From positions 1 to 63,349 of the IMG/VR virus record IMGVR_UViG_3300044513_002212: a stretch of 63,349 nucleotides of DNA; one strand, given 5' to 3'. Below, one piece after another: positions 1-7,159 of this stretch. The stretch comes from a virus. Lineage: Duplodnaviria; Caudoviricetes. The notes beneath the pieces are model-generated. The model made no database searches and was not told where the DNA came from. It saw nothing but the letters and a program-made list of their open reading frames with translations. The position numbers were made by a program, and so were the translations under genes. The first letter of the stretch is position 1. Each line of letters starts with the position of its first letter.

Positions 1-2
1 CG

Positions 3-245
3 AACCGTTATCTGGGGTTAGGTAGATTCGCTAAGAAGTATGGTTATGATCCTTCTACTCTAGAGGGACAGACAGCGTACATGATTAACGAATATACCTT
101 CCAGAAGTATCTACCTGAGTTTGAAGGGACTGGTAGAACAGTCGATCAGTATATGGTCGGTGCTTATTACTGGTTAGGTTGGGGTATCAAGGGTTATCGT
201 CAGCAATATGCATACGATTATACCAAACGACTTGTTTACACCTAA
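3..245 (+). CDS. 3' part of a phage-tail-lysozyme-like endolysin (truncated by window edge)
   Basis: Frame 3 is open from the edge: NRYLGLGRFAKKYGYDPSTLEGQTAYMINE...YYWLGWGIKGYR, resembling cyanophage lysozyme-like proteins; stop TAA at 243-245. Confidence 0.6.
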   Translation, partial: NRYLGLGRFAKKYGYDPSTLEGQTAYMINEYTFQKYLPEFEGTGRTVDQYMVGAYYWLGWGIKGYRQQYAYDYTKRLVYT

Positions 246-253
246 ATAGTGTT

Positions 254-320
254 GGTGCGGTAGAACAGCCGTAGAGCAAAAAAACGTTTATCCCATCTAC
301 ATTAAATGTATAGCCGCACC
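254..320 (+). ncRNA. Structured intergenic RNA candidate
   Basis: GGTGCGGT (254-261) pairs with GCCGCACC (313-320); internal hairpin TACATTAAATGTA; follows late-promoter-like CTAAATA at 242. Confidence 0.4.
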
Positions 321-336
321 TAATTTTCTTTCTTAT

Positions 337-555
337 ATGAAACAAGCTGACGATTTCTACGCATATCGATTCGGTGGATTTGACAAATCAGCAGTTAATA
401 TACTAAGATTGCTTAGTGAACTTGAGGGGTCATACTCACTCCTCAAGTACATGGGTTTCCAAGAAGACATGGACGCCATTGACGAGATGAAGAAGAGGTA
501 TTACAAACTCTACTTCAAACTGGACAAAGAAGAAAAGGCCCAAAGAAAAGGGTAG
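337..555 (+). CDS. Hypothetical cyanophage protein
   Basis: 72 aa ORF; stop codon lies inside tRNA-Tyr. Confidence 0.7.
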   Translation: MKQADDFYAYRFGGFDKSAVNILRLLSELEGSYSLLKYMGFQEDMDAIDEMKKRYYKLYFKLDKEEKAQRKG

Positions 556-631
556 GTGTCCGAGTGGTTAATGGAGGCGGACTGTAAATCCGCTGGCTCT
601 GCCTACGGGGGTTCAAATCCCTCCCTGCCCA
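550..631 (+). tRNA. tRNA-Tyr(GTA)
   Basis: Acceptor GGGTAGG/CCTGCCC, anticodon arm GCGGA-CTGTAAA-TCCGC, long variable arm, GGTTCAAATCC. Confidence 0.95.
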
Positions 632-635
632 CCTT

Positions 636-722
636 GGAGAGTTGGCCGAGTGGTTGAAGGCGCAGCACTGGAAATGCTGTAAGGGGGTAACCCCTTCGAG
701 AGTTCGAATCTCTCACTCTCCG
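636..722 (+). tRNA. tRNA-Ser(GGA)
   Basis: Acceptor GGAGAGT/ACTCTCC, anticodon arm CAGCA-CTGGAAA-TGCTG, long variable arm, G73. Confidence 0.95.
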
Positions 723-751
723 TTGACAATCAACACTGTATGTTGTATGAT
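723..751 (+). promoter_or_regulatory. sigma70-like promoter
   Basis: TTGACA-17nt-TATGAT just upstream of tRNA-Arg. Confidence 0.75.
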
Positions 752-759
752 TGTCTCAT

Positions 760-833
760 GACTCAATAGCTCAGCTGGATAGAGCAACTGCCTTCTAAGC
801 AGTCGGTCGTAGGTTCGAATCCTACTTGAGTCG
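760..833 (+). tRNA. tRNA-Arg(TCT)
   Basis: Acceptor GACTCAA/TTGAGTC, anticodon arm ACTGC-CTTCTAA-GCAGT, GGTTCGAATCC. Confidence 0.95.
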
Positions 834-838
834 CCTTC

Positions 839-920
839 GTCGATGTGGCGGAATTGGTAGACGCGCTGGGTTTAGGTTCCAGTAGATTAATCTGTGGAGG
901 TTCAAGTCCTCTCATCGACA
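839..920 (+). tRNA. tRNA-Leu(TAG)
   Basis: Acceptor GTCGATG/CATCGAC, D-arm GGCGGAATTGGTAGACGC, anticodon loop TTTAGGT, variable arm. Confidence 0.95.
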
Positions 921-921
921 T

Positions 922-1473
922 ATGTTTGAGATTCTTTCAACTCAATTTGAGAAGGCAGACAAAATTAATCCTGGTCTAATAGACTGGATTAAATCTGATA
1001 GTTGCTATAAACTAATAACAGGAGCTTCTAGAACTCCTTTTTATTATGCGACACTAAAAGAGTGTCCAGTTGAAGAACTAAACATACTTTTTGATTTCAT
1101 AAGTCATAATATAATTTCTTGTGCAAATCAAATGGCAAAAGGAACTGCCAGTGCATACTATGATTCCCCAGATTGGCATAGAAACTTTGGTATTGCAGAC
1201 TATTGGGGCATGTGGTATAATAAAGGTTCTTCCGCCATAGGACATAACCACTGGCCTTATGCAATATCTTTTGCATATTATGTAAATTGTCCAGAAGGAA
1301 GTTCTCCCATCATTATTGATGGAAACGAAGTCCAAGTAGAATCAGGTAAACTAATTTTATTTCCTGGGCATTTAGTACATGAAGTAAAAACTTGTCCTGT
1401 AGACAATAGATTTATGGTGGCAGGTAATATCGCTTATCTAGGCGGTTTAGGTGCGGAGTTAGTTCAGTGGTAG
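922..1473 (+). CDS. 2OG-Fe(II) oxygenase superfamily protein
   Basis: HNH...SFAYYV...LILFPGHLVHEV...RFMVAGN pattern. Confidence 0.8.
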   Translation: MFEILSTQFEKADKINPGLIDWIKSDSCYKLITGASRTPFYYATLKECPVEELNILFDFISHNIISCANQMAKGTASAYYDSPDWHRNFGIADYWGMWYNKGSSAIGHNHWPYAISFAYYVNCPEGSSPIIIDGNEVQVESGKLILFPGHLVHEVKTCPVDNRFMVAGNIAYLGGLGAELVQW

Positions 1474-1524
1474 AACGCTATCCTTCCAAGTTAGATGTCG
1501 TCGGTTCGAATCCGATACTCCGCT
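1453..1524 (+). tRNA. tRNA-Gly(TCC)
   Basis: Acceptor GCGGAGT/ACTCCGC, anticodon loop CTTCCAA, U73 discriminator. Confidence 0.93.
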
Positions 1525-1533
1525 TTTAAAAAT

Positions 1534-2193
1534 ATGATCAAAGATTTATTTCCCACACCAGTATATGAGACGTTCCTTGAACCAACCAAGGAAGTTCAAG
1601 ATACTATGATTCATTATGTTCATGATTTCTTAGAAAAGAATCAAGAACATTTTGCCAATGTTCCCAGTCTTACTGGTGAGCTTCTTGGTGACTATCAAAT
1701 TTCCGACAAACCAGAATTTAAATGGTTATCCGAACAAGTTTTTTCTCACTGTTGTAAGTATATTGAAGAGATTGGAGCAACAATGGAACACAGTGAACTG
1801 TGGGCCGTTCAGTCATGGCCTGTAGTTTGCATAACCAATAGTTTTGTTGGATATCATAGACACTCTCAGTCTCATTTTAGTGCAGTGTATTATGTTCAGT
1901 GTGATGATGATTGTGAGTCTGGTGAATTGGTTATTCATGCTCACGAACCAAACCCCCTGAGTAATTTACCGATCTATCATGAGAGGTCTACAGCACACAA
2001 TAGAAGAAGAGATTTAATTTTACCTAAGAGAAATAAATTAGTTATCTTTCCTTCGGTACTTGCTCATGAAGTGTTACCGTATTATGGAGATCTTCCCCGA
2101 CTCTCAGTTTCTTTTGATATAATGGTTACATCTAAGAAAGATTCTGGAACATTTTGTCTGGTACATCCATCAAAGTGGGTAAAGCTTTCTTGA
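1534..2193 (+). CDS. 2OG-Fe(II) oxygenase (LFPTP-type)
   Basis: LFPTP start, HRH..SAVYY, LVIFPSVLAHEV, RLSVSFD; ATG after the tRNA chosen instead of 1495. Confidence 0.82.
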   Translation: MIKDLFPTPVYETFLEPTKEVQDTMIHYVHDFLEKNQEHFANVPSLTGELLGDYQISDKPEFKWLSEQVFSHCCKYIEEIGATMEHSELWAVQSWPVVCITNSFVGYHRHSQSHFSAVYYVQCDDDCESGELVIHAHEPNPLSNLPIYHERSTAHNRRRDLILPKRNKLVIFPSVLAHEVLPYYGDLPRLSVSFDIMVTSKKDSGTFCLVHPSKWVKLS

Positions 2194-2223
2194 TTAAATA
2201 GTAATGTGTCAGGAAAACGAGAC

Positions 2224-2505
2224 ATGTCCCAGAAGTACAGGATCCAAACATCTTATTGTTGGTATGAGACTTATGAGGAAACCTTGCTCGTAAAGATGTA
2301 CTTTATAAATTACATCCCATTTACATTTGACGAACTTCCATCAATATGTTATGATGACCCTGATATCTTAATGGAAGCAAACAAAAATAAAGTTTGGGAC
2401 CAGGACGATCTTTTTAAAGCTTCTGCATATCTTGCACAAGAAGAGTGTCTACCTCTAGTTTATGAATTAGAGTTGGAAAATCCAGAAGAACTTCCAAAAG
2501 ATTAG
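2224..2505 (+). CDS. Hypothetical cyanophage protein
   Basis: ORF with ATG at 2224 preceded by AGGA. Confidence 0.65.
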   Translation: MSQKYRIQTSYCWYETYEETLLVKMYFINYIPFTFDELPSICYDDPDILMEANKNKVWDQDDLFKASAYLAQEECLPLVYELELENPEELPKD

Positions 2506-2532
2506 TTTCTATGTTATAATAGAAACACTCAT

Positions 2533-2604
2533 TCCTCTTTAGCTCAGCGGTAGAGCGAACGACTGTTAATCGTTTGGTCCCTGGTTCGATCCCAGGAAGG
2601 GGAG
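2533..2604 (+). tRNA. tRNA-Asn(GTT)
   Basis: Acceptor TCCTCTT/AAGGGGA, anticodon arm AACGA-CTGTTAA-TCGTT. Confidence 0.95.
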
Positions 2605-2606
2605 TT

Positions 2607-2678
2607 GGGAGATTAGCTCAGCGGTAGAGCACCTCGTTTACACCGAGATTGTCACAAGTTCGATCCTTGTATCTCCCA
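2607..2678 (+). tRNA. tRNA-Val(TAC)
   Basis: Acceptor GGGAGAT/ATCTCCC, anticodon loop TTTACAC. Confidence 0.93.
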
Positions 2679-2693
2679 TGATTAGTATTGTAC

Positions 2694-3251
2694 ATGAACT
2701 ATTCAAAAGATGAAATAGAATACTTTGATGATGTCATGGATGTGGTTGAAAACCAGAGTATTGGCATTGATGAAAATCTTATTCTAGATCTTTTGCAGAT
2801 GAAGTATAGGTGGCCTAAAGGTCACGTAGAAACTATAAACATGTGCTCCATGGTTTCTGATGATTACTTTGACCACAGGGGTTATTTGTGTTTTGATGAA
2901 TGGAAACACTTATATGATCAGGGATTTACTACTCACCTGAATAATATTATGGATATTCATGTGGACCTTAGGAACATGAATAGAAGGTTGCTTGATGTCC
3001 GTGGATCAAACACTATGGGTAACTTATATCTCAGCAAAGGCACGACAACAAAGAGACCTAGTTTTCTTCCACACACCCATGATTACCACGTTGCAGTAAA
3101 GACCATATATGGTAAATCAAAGTGGTTGATAAACGACGAGATCATTGATGTGCAACCAGGAATTGATCTGTTTATTGGAGCGGGATCCACACATGCAGTC
3201 ATTGAATCTAAAGAACCTAGATTATCTTTGTCGATGAATATATCGGGATAA
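2694..3251 (+). CDS. JmjC/cupin-like oxygenase
   Basis: NLYLS...F.PHTHDYHV...GKSKW...PG..L.I..G.THAV...RLSLS. Confidence 0.7.
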   Translation: MNYSKDEIEYFDDVMDVVENQSIGIDENLILDLLQMKYRWPKGHVETINMCSMVSDDYFDHRGYLCFDEWKHLYDQGFTTHLNNIMDIHVDLRNMNRRLLDVRGSNTMGNLYLSKGTTTKRPSFLPHTHDYHVAVKTIYGKSKWLINDEIIDVQPGIDLFIGAGSTHAVIESKEPRLSLSMNISG

Positions 3252-4150
3252 TGACCTATACTCCAAAGGCATATGATGTATCTCAAGTAACTTGGGATGA
3301 TGTAATAGAAAAAATAAACAGAGATTTTTCTTCTGGCGACTATGATATTATTAGTAGTGTTAGTGGTAAAACTCCTACGTTTATATTAAAGGGGGCTTGG
3401 CTTCCTGATTCTATTATGAATGTAGTAGATCAAATGAAGCTACGTGATGAAGTTGATCTTCATAATATAGATCTTTATGTTTCTTTCTCTGGACATGCTA
3501 AGTCACATGATAATCATTATGACTTTTATGCCATTGAATTGATCCAATTAATTGGTAAGATGCGGTATTTCGTTAATGATGAACCGTGTGTATTGCACCC
3601 AGGCGACTCTCTATTCATGCCTGTAGAAACTTATCATGAACCACATGCTCCTGGACCGAGAGTTACTCTGAGTGTAGCTCTTTATAATAAAAATAAGAGG
3701 GTACAACCAGCTCTTGCTGAAAAGTATGTTGAGTGGATGGAAAACCTTGACATGCATAAAGTACCCCATGGGGATGGTAGTCTTATGGATCACTCCATTA
3801 ATGTTGCCAATCTAATTATGGAGTATGGTAGATCTGATATTGAACAAATAGCCGCTCTATTTCACTCAATTTATGGCACAGAGTTTCAATCTTATAAATT
3901 ATTAAAGACTAGAAAAGAAGTTCAATACTTCATCGGATACGAATCGGAAAATATAGTTCATATTTTCTGTACTCTGGAAGACAGGACAAATACAATACTC
4001 TATGGCAAAGGTTTATCCGAACCTATGAGAACTACCTTAAGATGGTTGGAGTATTGTAATATAAAAGAACAATTTCCCAAAGAAAGTATCTTGAAAGAGT
4101 TTGAACTTGTATTAGGAATACAAGGTAAAAACAATGATAGCCAGATGTAA
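3251..4150 (+). CDS. JmjC/cupin domain fused to an HD-like (DUF6817-like) domain
   Basis: N-terminal HYD...LHPGDSLFMP...HEP...RVTLS; C-terminal PHGDGSLMDH...AALFHSIYGT. Confidence 0.65.
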   Translation: MTYTPKAYDVSQVTWDDVIEKINRDFSSGDYDIISSVSGKTPTFILKGAWLPDSIMNVVDQMKLRDEVDLHNIDLYVSFSGHAKSHDNHYDFYAIELIQLIGKMRYFVNDEPCVLHPGDSLFMPVETYHEPHAPGPRVTLSVALYNKNKRVQPALAEKYVEWMENLDMHKVPHGDGSLMDHSINVANLIMEYGRSDIEQIAALFHSIYGTEFQSYKLLKTRKEVQYFIGYESENIVHIFCTLEDRTNTILYGKGLSEPMRTTLRWLEYCNIKEQFPKESILKEFELVLGIQGKNNDSQM

Positions 4151-4379
4151 ATGTTGCAACAAAGAAATTGTTGGCGGAACTAGAATGCAAAGCTGTGGAT
4201 GTTCAAACATGATGGCTGTTAGCGAGAACACAATCACTGCAAACGATTTGAATAAAGTAATTTTAATTAAATCTAAAAACATTATTAAAAATGGTGGTTT
4301 CCTGACAGAAAGTGACCTAAAATACCAAGAGGAACGACGCAAACGCAAAGTTCGTAAACTTGATTTCGAGGAACGTTAA
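4134..4379 (+). CDS. Hypothetical Cys-rich (zinc-binding-like) protein
   Basis: CKCC...CGC.N motif. Confidence 0.65.
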   Translation: MIARCKCCNKEIVGGTRMQSCGCSNMMAVSENTITANDLNKVILIKSKNIIKNGGFLTESDLKYQEERRKRKVRKLDFEER

Positions 4380-4591
4380 TGATCAACTTGCATCAGCTGT
4401 ACAATCACTATCTCAACACCGACAAGAAACATGATCTTGTTAATGAAAAGGTTGTGTCTTATGGATGGTGTGATAATGGCAAAGATCTTACTGGGTATTA
4501 TGTCTTGACAGAAAGCCATGAACTTCGTTATACTATGGAGGGTTATCTCGACAAAAAAATGTCTAGGAAGCCTGAAAATACTCGTGCCTAA
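4379..4591 (+). CDS. Hypothetical protein
   Basis: TAATG coupling to the previous ORF. Confidence 0.6.
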   Translation: MINLHQLYNHYLNTDKKHDLVNEKVVSYGWCDNGKDLTGYYVLTESHELRYTMEGYLDKKMSRKPENTRA

Positions 4592-4621
4592 GTGCATATA
4601 TAATTAACGTTTACGACCTTA

Positions 4622-5218
4622 GTGACTAAAATGTATCAAATACCTAATGCTGAATTGTTTTCTTTGAACACCAAAAATAATTTGATAAGGAAAGCTCTTC
4701 ATGATGAACTGAAAGGGAAAAGAGTAATTATCTTTGCAATTCCTGGTGCATTTACACCTACCTGTAGCAATAGTCAGGTTCCAGATTTTGACGAAGCTTA
4801 TGAAGAGATCAAATCTCTTGGTATCGATGAAATTTATTGCCTGGCAGTTAACGATCCCTTTGTCATGAAGGCTTGGTGGAAGCAACTTAAGGTACAGAAT
4901 CTCAAGTATCTTTGCGATGGTAATGCTGCATTCCTGGCAAGGTTTGAAGAAGTCGCTGGACAAAACCAGGCTGAGCAATATTACGTCAAGAAGTTTAATA
5001 AGGGTCTAGGTAGAAGAGCCTGGAGATTTGCTATGATTGTGGATAACACTGTTGTTACTCATATTTGGCAAGAAGAAACTTCTTCTAGTAGAGATAACTG
5101 CGAGGAAGATCCATACTTGGAGACCACTCCAGAATCAGTAATTTCTACTCTTAGGAATATTCAATCAGTTTCTGCTTCTCCTACTAAAGTTGTAGAAGAT
5201 CTTTCTGCTCCACAATAA
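4622..5218 (+). CDS. Peroxiredoxin (Prx5/redoxin family)
   Basis: PGAFTPTCS active site, CLAVNDPFVMKAW, DGNA. Confidence 0.9.
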   Translation: MTKMYQIPNAELFSLNTKNNLIRKALHDELKGKRVIIFAIPGAFTPTCSNSQVPDFDEAYEEIKSLGIDEIYCLAVNDPFVMKAWWKQLKVQNLKYLCDGNAAFLARFEEVAGQNQAEQYYVKKFNKGLGRRAWRFAMIVDNTVVTHIWQEETSSSRDNCEEDPYLETTPESVISTLRNIQSVSASPTKVVEDLSAPQ

Positions 5219-5222
5219 ATCA

Positions 5223-5251
5223 TTGACAACCTAGTAGTAATCGAGTATTAT
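5223..5251 (+). promoter_or_regulatory. sigma70-like promoter inside an inverted repeat
   Basis: TTGACA-17-TATTAT; ACCTAGTAGTAAT/ATTATTACTAGGT inverted repeat. Confidence 0.75.
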
Positions 5252-5265
5252 TACTAGGTCTTCTT

Positions 5266-5339
5266 CGGGATGTAGCTCAGTTTGGTAGAGCACTCGCTTT
5301 GGGAGCGAGGGGCCGTAGGTTCGAATCCTATCATCCCGA
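5266..5339 (+). tRNA. tRNA-Pro(TGG)
   Basis: Acceptor CGGGATG/CATCCCG, anticodon arm CTCGC-TTTGGGA-GCGAG. Confidence 0.95.
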
Positions 5340-5356
5340 TTTTCCTACTATTATCC

Positions 5357-5575
5357 ATGGAAAAGATTACTTTGCAGCACCTTGAAGATCACTTTGATGA
5401 GATCTTTGAACAAGTAGAACAAGGAAAATCATTTCATATCATGACACCAGATGGCAAAGATATCATGATGGTCCCTACTGCGGAGGCTATTCAAGCATCA
5501 ATCGATGCTGGACTGGTCTCTCAAATGGATGATACTTACTTTGATATGTACCATACGACCAGCGAAGCCTCTTGA
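5357..5575 (+). CDS. Phd/YefM antitoxin-like small protein
   Basis: MEKITLQHLEDHFDEIFEQVEQGKSFHI..DGKDIMMVP resembles the Phd N-terminal domain; ATG at 5357 (5282 lies inside the tRNA). Confidence 0.55.
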   Translation: MEKITLQHLEDHFDEIFEQVEQGKSFHIMTPDGKDIMMVPTAEAIQASIDAGLVSQMDDTYFDMYHTTSEAS

Positions 5576-5600
5576 CAACAGACTGATTTCACCGTACAAT
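5572..5600 (+). promoter_or_regulatory. sigma70-like promoter
   Basis: TTGACA-17-TACAAT. Confidence 0.75.
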
Positions 5601-5623
5601 AAACTTGTTCAACACAACGATCA

Positions 5624-5851
5624 ATGTCTCACTCGGCGTTTGTTTCTAAGTTCAAGACCAATCTGAATCTTCTGCAATCTGCAGTGAATCGGGAAACGGA
5701 TCTCGAATTCCGCCACCCCAAGATTTACAAAAAGATTGTGAAGTACTACCGCAATCAGGGAGTTCAGTTTTATAATGATCCTGACGATGATTATGAACTC
5801 GTCCTTGATCTGATTGCAGCAGATCTTCAAACTGAAGGAGTACTCGCTTGA
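5624..5851 (+). CDS. Hypothetical cyanophage protein
   Basis: 75 aa ORF after promoter. Confidence 0.7.
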   Translation: MSHSAFVSKFKTNLNLLQSAVNRETDLEFRHPKIYKKIVKYYRNQGVQFYNDPDDDYELVLDLIAADLQTEGVLA

Positions 5852-6099
5852 CAAAGATTCTTCTTGAACGTTTTCCCTATCGATACGTCGAAGTGGGAAC
5901 TCTAGACAATGGGTTCCCCGACTATCGTATTCAGAAGGCAGATTCTTATACCAAACGGTATAGTGACATGTATCTTCTTGATAATCAGATGCAACTTCTG
6001 ACAGCTATCGAAGATTTTGAGTATACGAAATGGTTAGATCCTGATCGTGTTCCTTGTTATGTCAAAGATGATGTATCTTCCGACATGGAGAGTCGTTAA
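5848..6099 (+). CDS. Hypothetical cyanophage protein
   Basis: TTG start with GGAG RBS, overlaps the previous stop. Confidence 0.7.
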   Translation: MTKILLERFPYRYVEVGTLDNGFPDYRIQKADSYTKRYSDMYLLDNQMQLLTAIEDFEYTKWLDPDRVPCYVKDDVSSDMESR

Positions 6100-6115
6100 A
6101 AACCCTGGTGGAGCC
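6081..6115 (+). ncRNA. RNA module 1 (hairpin + UGG anti-acceptor; possibly a manA-motif part)
   Basis: CGAC-ATGGAGA-GTCG, TTAAAAA, CCC, TGGTGGAGCC; same layout as 6745-6781. Confidence 0.55.
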
Positions 6116-6116
6116 T

Positions 6117-6764
6117 ATGGCTGATGTTCAATTACTATTCCCAACCCCAATTTACCATGACCAACTAGACATCTCTGATGACGAACGGTCAAGAATCCAA
6201 TCTTATGTTGAACATTTAGATTGGATTATAGATACGGACATTCATAATCGTCCTAACGGACAATATCTGGATGTATTTGATGTGCTTGCACACAATCCAT
6301 TATCTAATCTTGCAACGATTATAGATAATCATATGCACGCTTTTGTGCATGATTTCTTACGAGTTTCAAGAAAACTTCAGGTAAAGAGAACTAACTCATG
6401 GGCAAACAGACACTATTTGAATGACTATTGTCATGAGCATCATCATTCAAACAGTATCTTTAGTGGTGTATACTATCTAAATATTCCACCCAATTCTGGA
6501 CCAGGAATTGTTTTCAAGAGAATGGGCCCTACTTGGACTAATGATACTTGGGAACTTAATGTAGATGAGTTGACCGCTCAAAATGAATATGTTCACCTAA
6601 AAAGAGTTAACACTAATATGTTACTCTTGTTCCCATCACACCTAACACACATGGTTCCAGCCTCCGAAACTGATGAACCTAGGTACTCCATTGCTTTTAA
6701 TTACTTTGTTTATGGGGAGATTGGTGATGGAACAAACATCTTACACGTCTCGGACAGACGTTAA
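6117..6764 (+). CDS. 2OG-Fe(II) oxygenase (LFPTP-type)
   Basis: LFPTP, HHHSNSIFSGVYY, LLFPSHLTHMV, RYSIAFN. Confidence 0.85.
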   Translation: MADVQLLFPTPIYHDQLDISDDERSRIQSYVEHLDWIIDTDIHNRPNGQYLDVFDVLAHNPLSNLATIIDNHMHAFVHDFLRVSRKLQVKRTNSWANRHYLNDYCHEHHHSNSIFSGVYYLNIPPNSGPGIVFKRMGPTWTNDTWELNVDELTAQNEYVHLKRVNTNMLLLFPSHLTHMVPASETDEPRYSIAFNYFVYGEIGDGTNILHVSDRR

Positions 6765-6790
6765 ACTTGCCCTGGTCGGGAGTGTTTCCC
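6745..6790 (+). ncRNA. RNA module 2 (hairpin + UGG anti-acceptor; possibly a manA-motif part)
   Basis: ACGTCT-CGGAC-AGACGT, TAAACTTG, CCC, TGGTCGGGA, then GGGA/TCCC hairpin. Confidence 0.55.
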
Positions 6791-6799
6791 CTTAAGAGT

Positions 6800-7051
6800 A
6801 TGGAAGAAAAACAATACCCATCCGCCTCCAAGCAGATGGCTAACCTAACTAAAACCGCTTTTGGTATAGTCAAAGAGTTTGTAAGTACTGGTGACTTACT
6901 TGTTCCAGATCATGTCAGAAACGCTAGGTTGCAGATCTGTTCTACTTGTCAATTTTATGATGAAGCAGAACACAGATGCATGGATTGCGGATGTTTTCTT
7001 TCCAATAAAGTACGATTCAGTGCTTCCAAATGTCCCTTAGACTTTTGGTAA
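6800..7051 (+). CDS. Small Cys-rich protein (DUF6171-like)
   Basis: RLQICSTC...CMDCGCFL..KV...SKCPLDFW. Confidence 0.65.
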   Translation: MEEKQYPSASKQMANLTKTAFGIVKEFVSTGDLLVPDHVRNARLQICSTCQFYDEAEHRCMDCGCFLSNKVRFSASKCPLDFW

Positions 7052-7140
7052 GGTTTCTTTGTTCCTAAAACAAAGTGGTGCGGATGGGGTTAACCCCGCC
7101 TGGTTTCCAATTTCCAGTCAAAGAATTGGTGGCGAGCCTG
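7051..7140 (+). ncRNA. wcaG RNA motif-like element (two tandem pseudoknots, each followed by UGGYG)
   Basis: AGG/CCT + CTTTGTT/AACAAAG then TGGTG; GGGGT/ACCCC hairpin; CTGG/CCAG + CCAATTT/GAATTGG then TGGCG; lies upstream of a WcaG-type epimerase cluster in a cyanophage. Confidence 0.75.
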
Positions 7141-7159
7141 CAAACCTACAGAACAAAAA

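Noticed and set aside
5282-5356. N-terminal extensions of ORFs at 5282 and 1495 in the ORF track
   Set aside because: They translate tRNA-Pro and tRNA-Gly; downstream ATGs at 5357 and 1534 are better starts.
6081-7140. CRISPR mini-array, or attP/reverse-strand tRNA genes, as an explanation of the TGG modules
   Set aside because: There are no identical regularly spaced repeats. Complementarity covers only 9-12 nt with no T-arm on the minus strand, and no integrase or reverse transcriptase is seen in the window.
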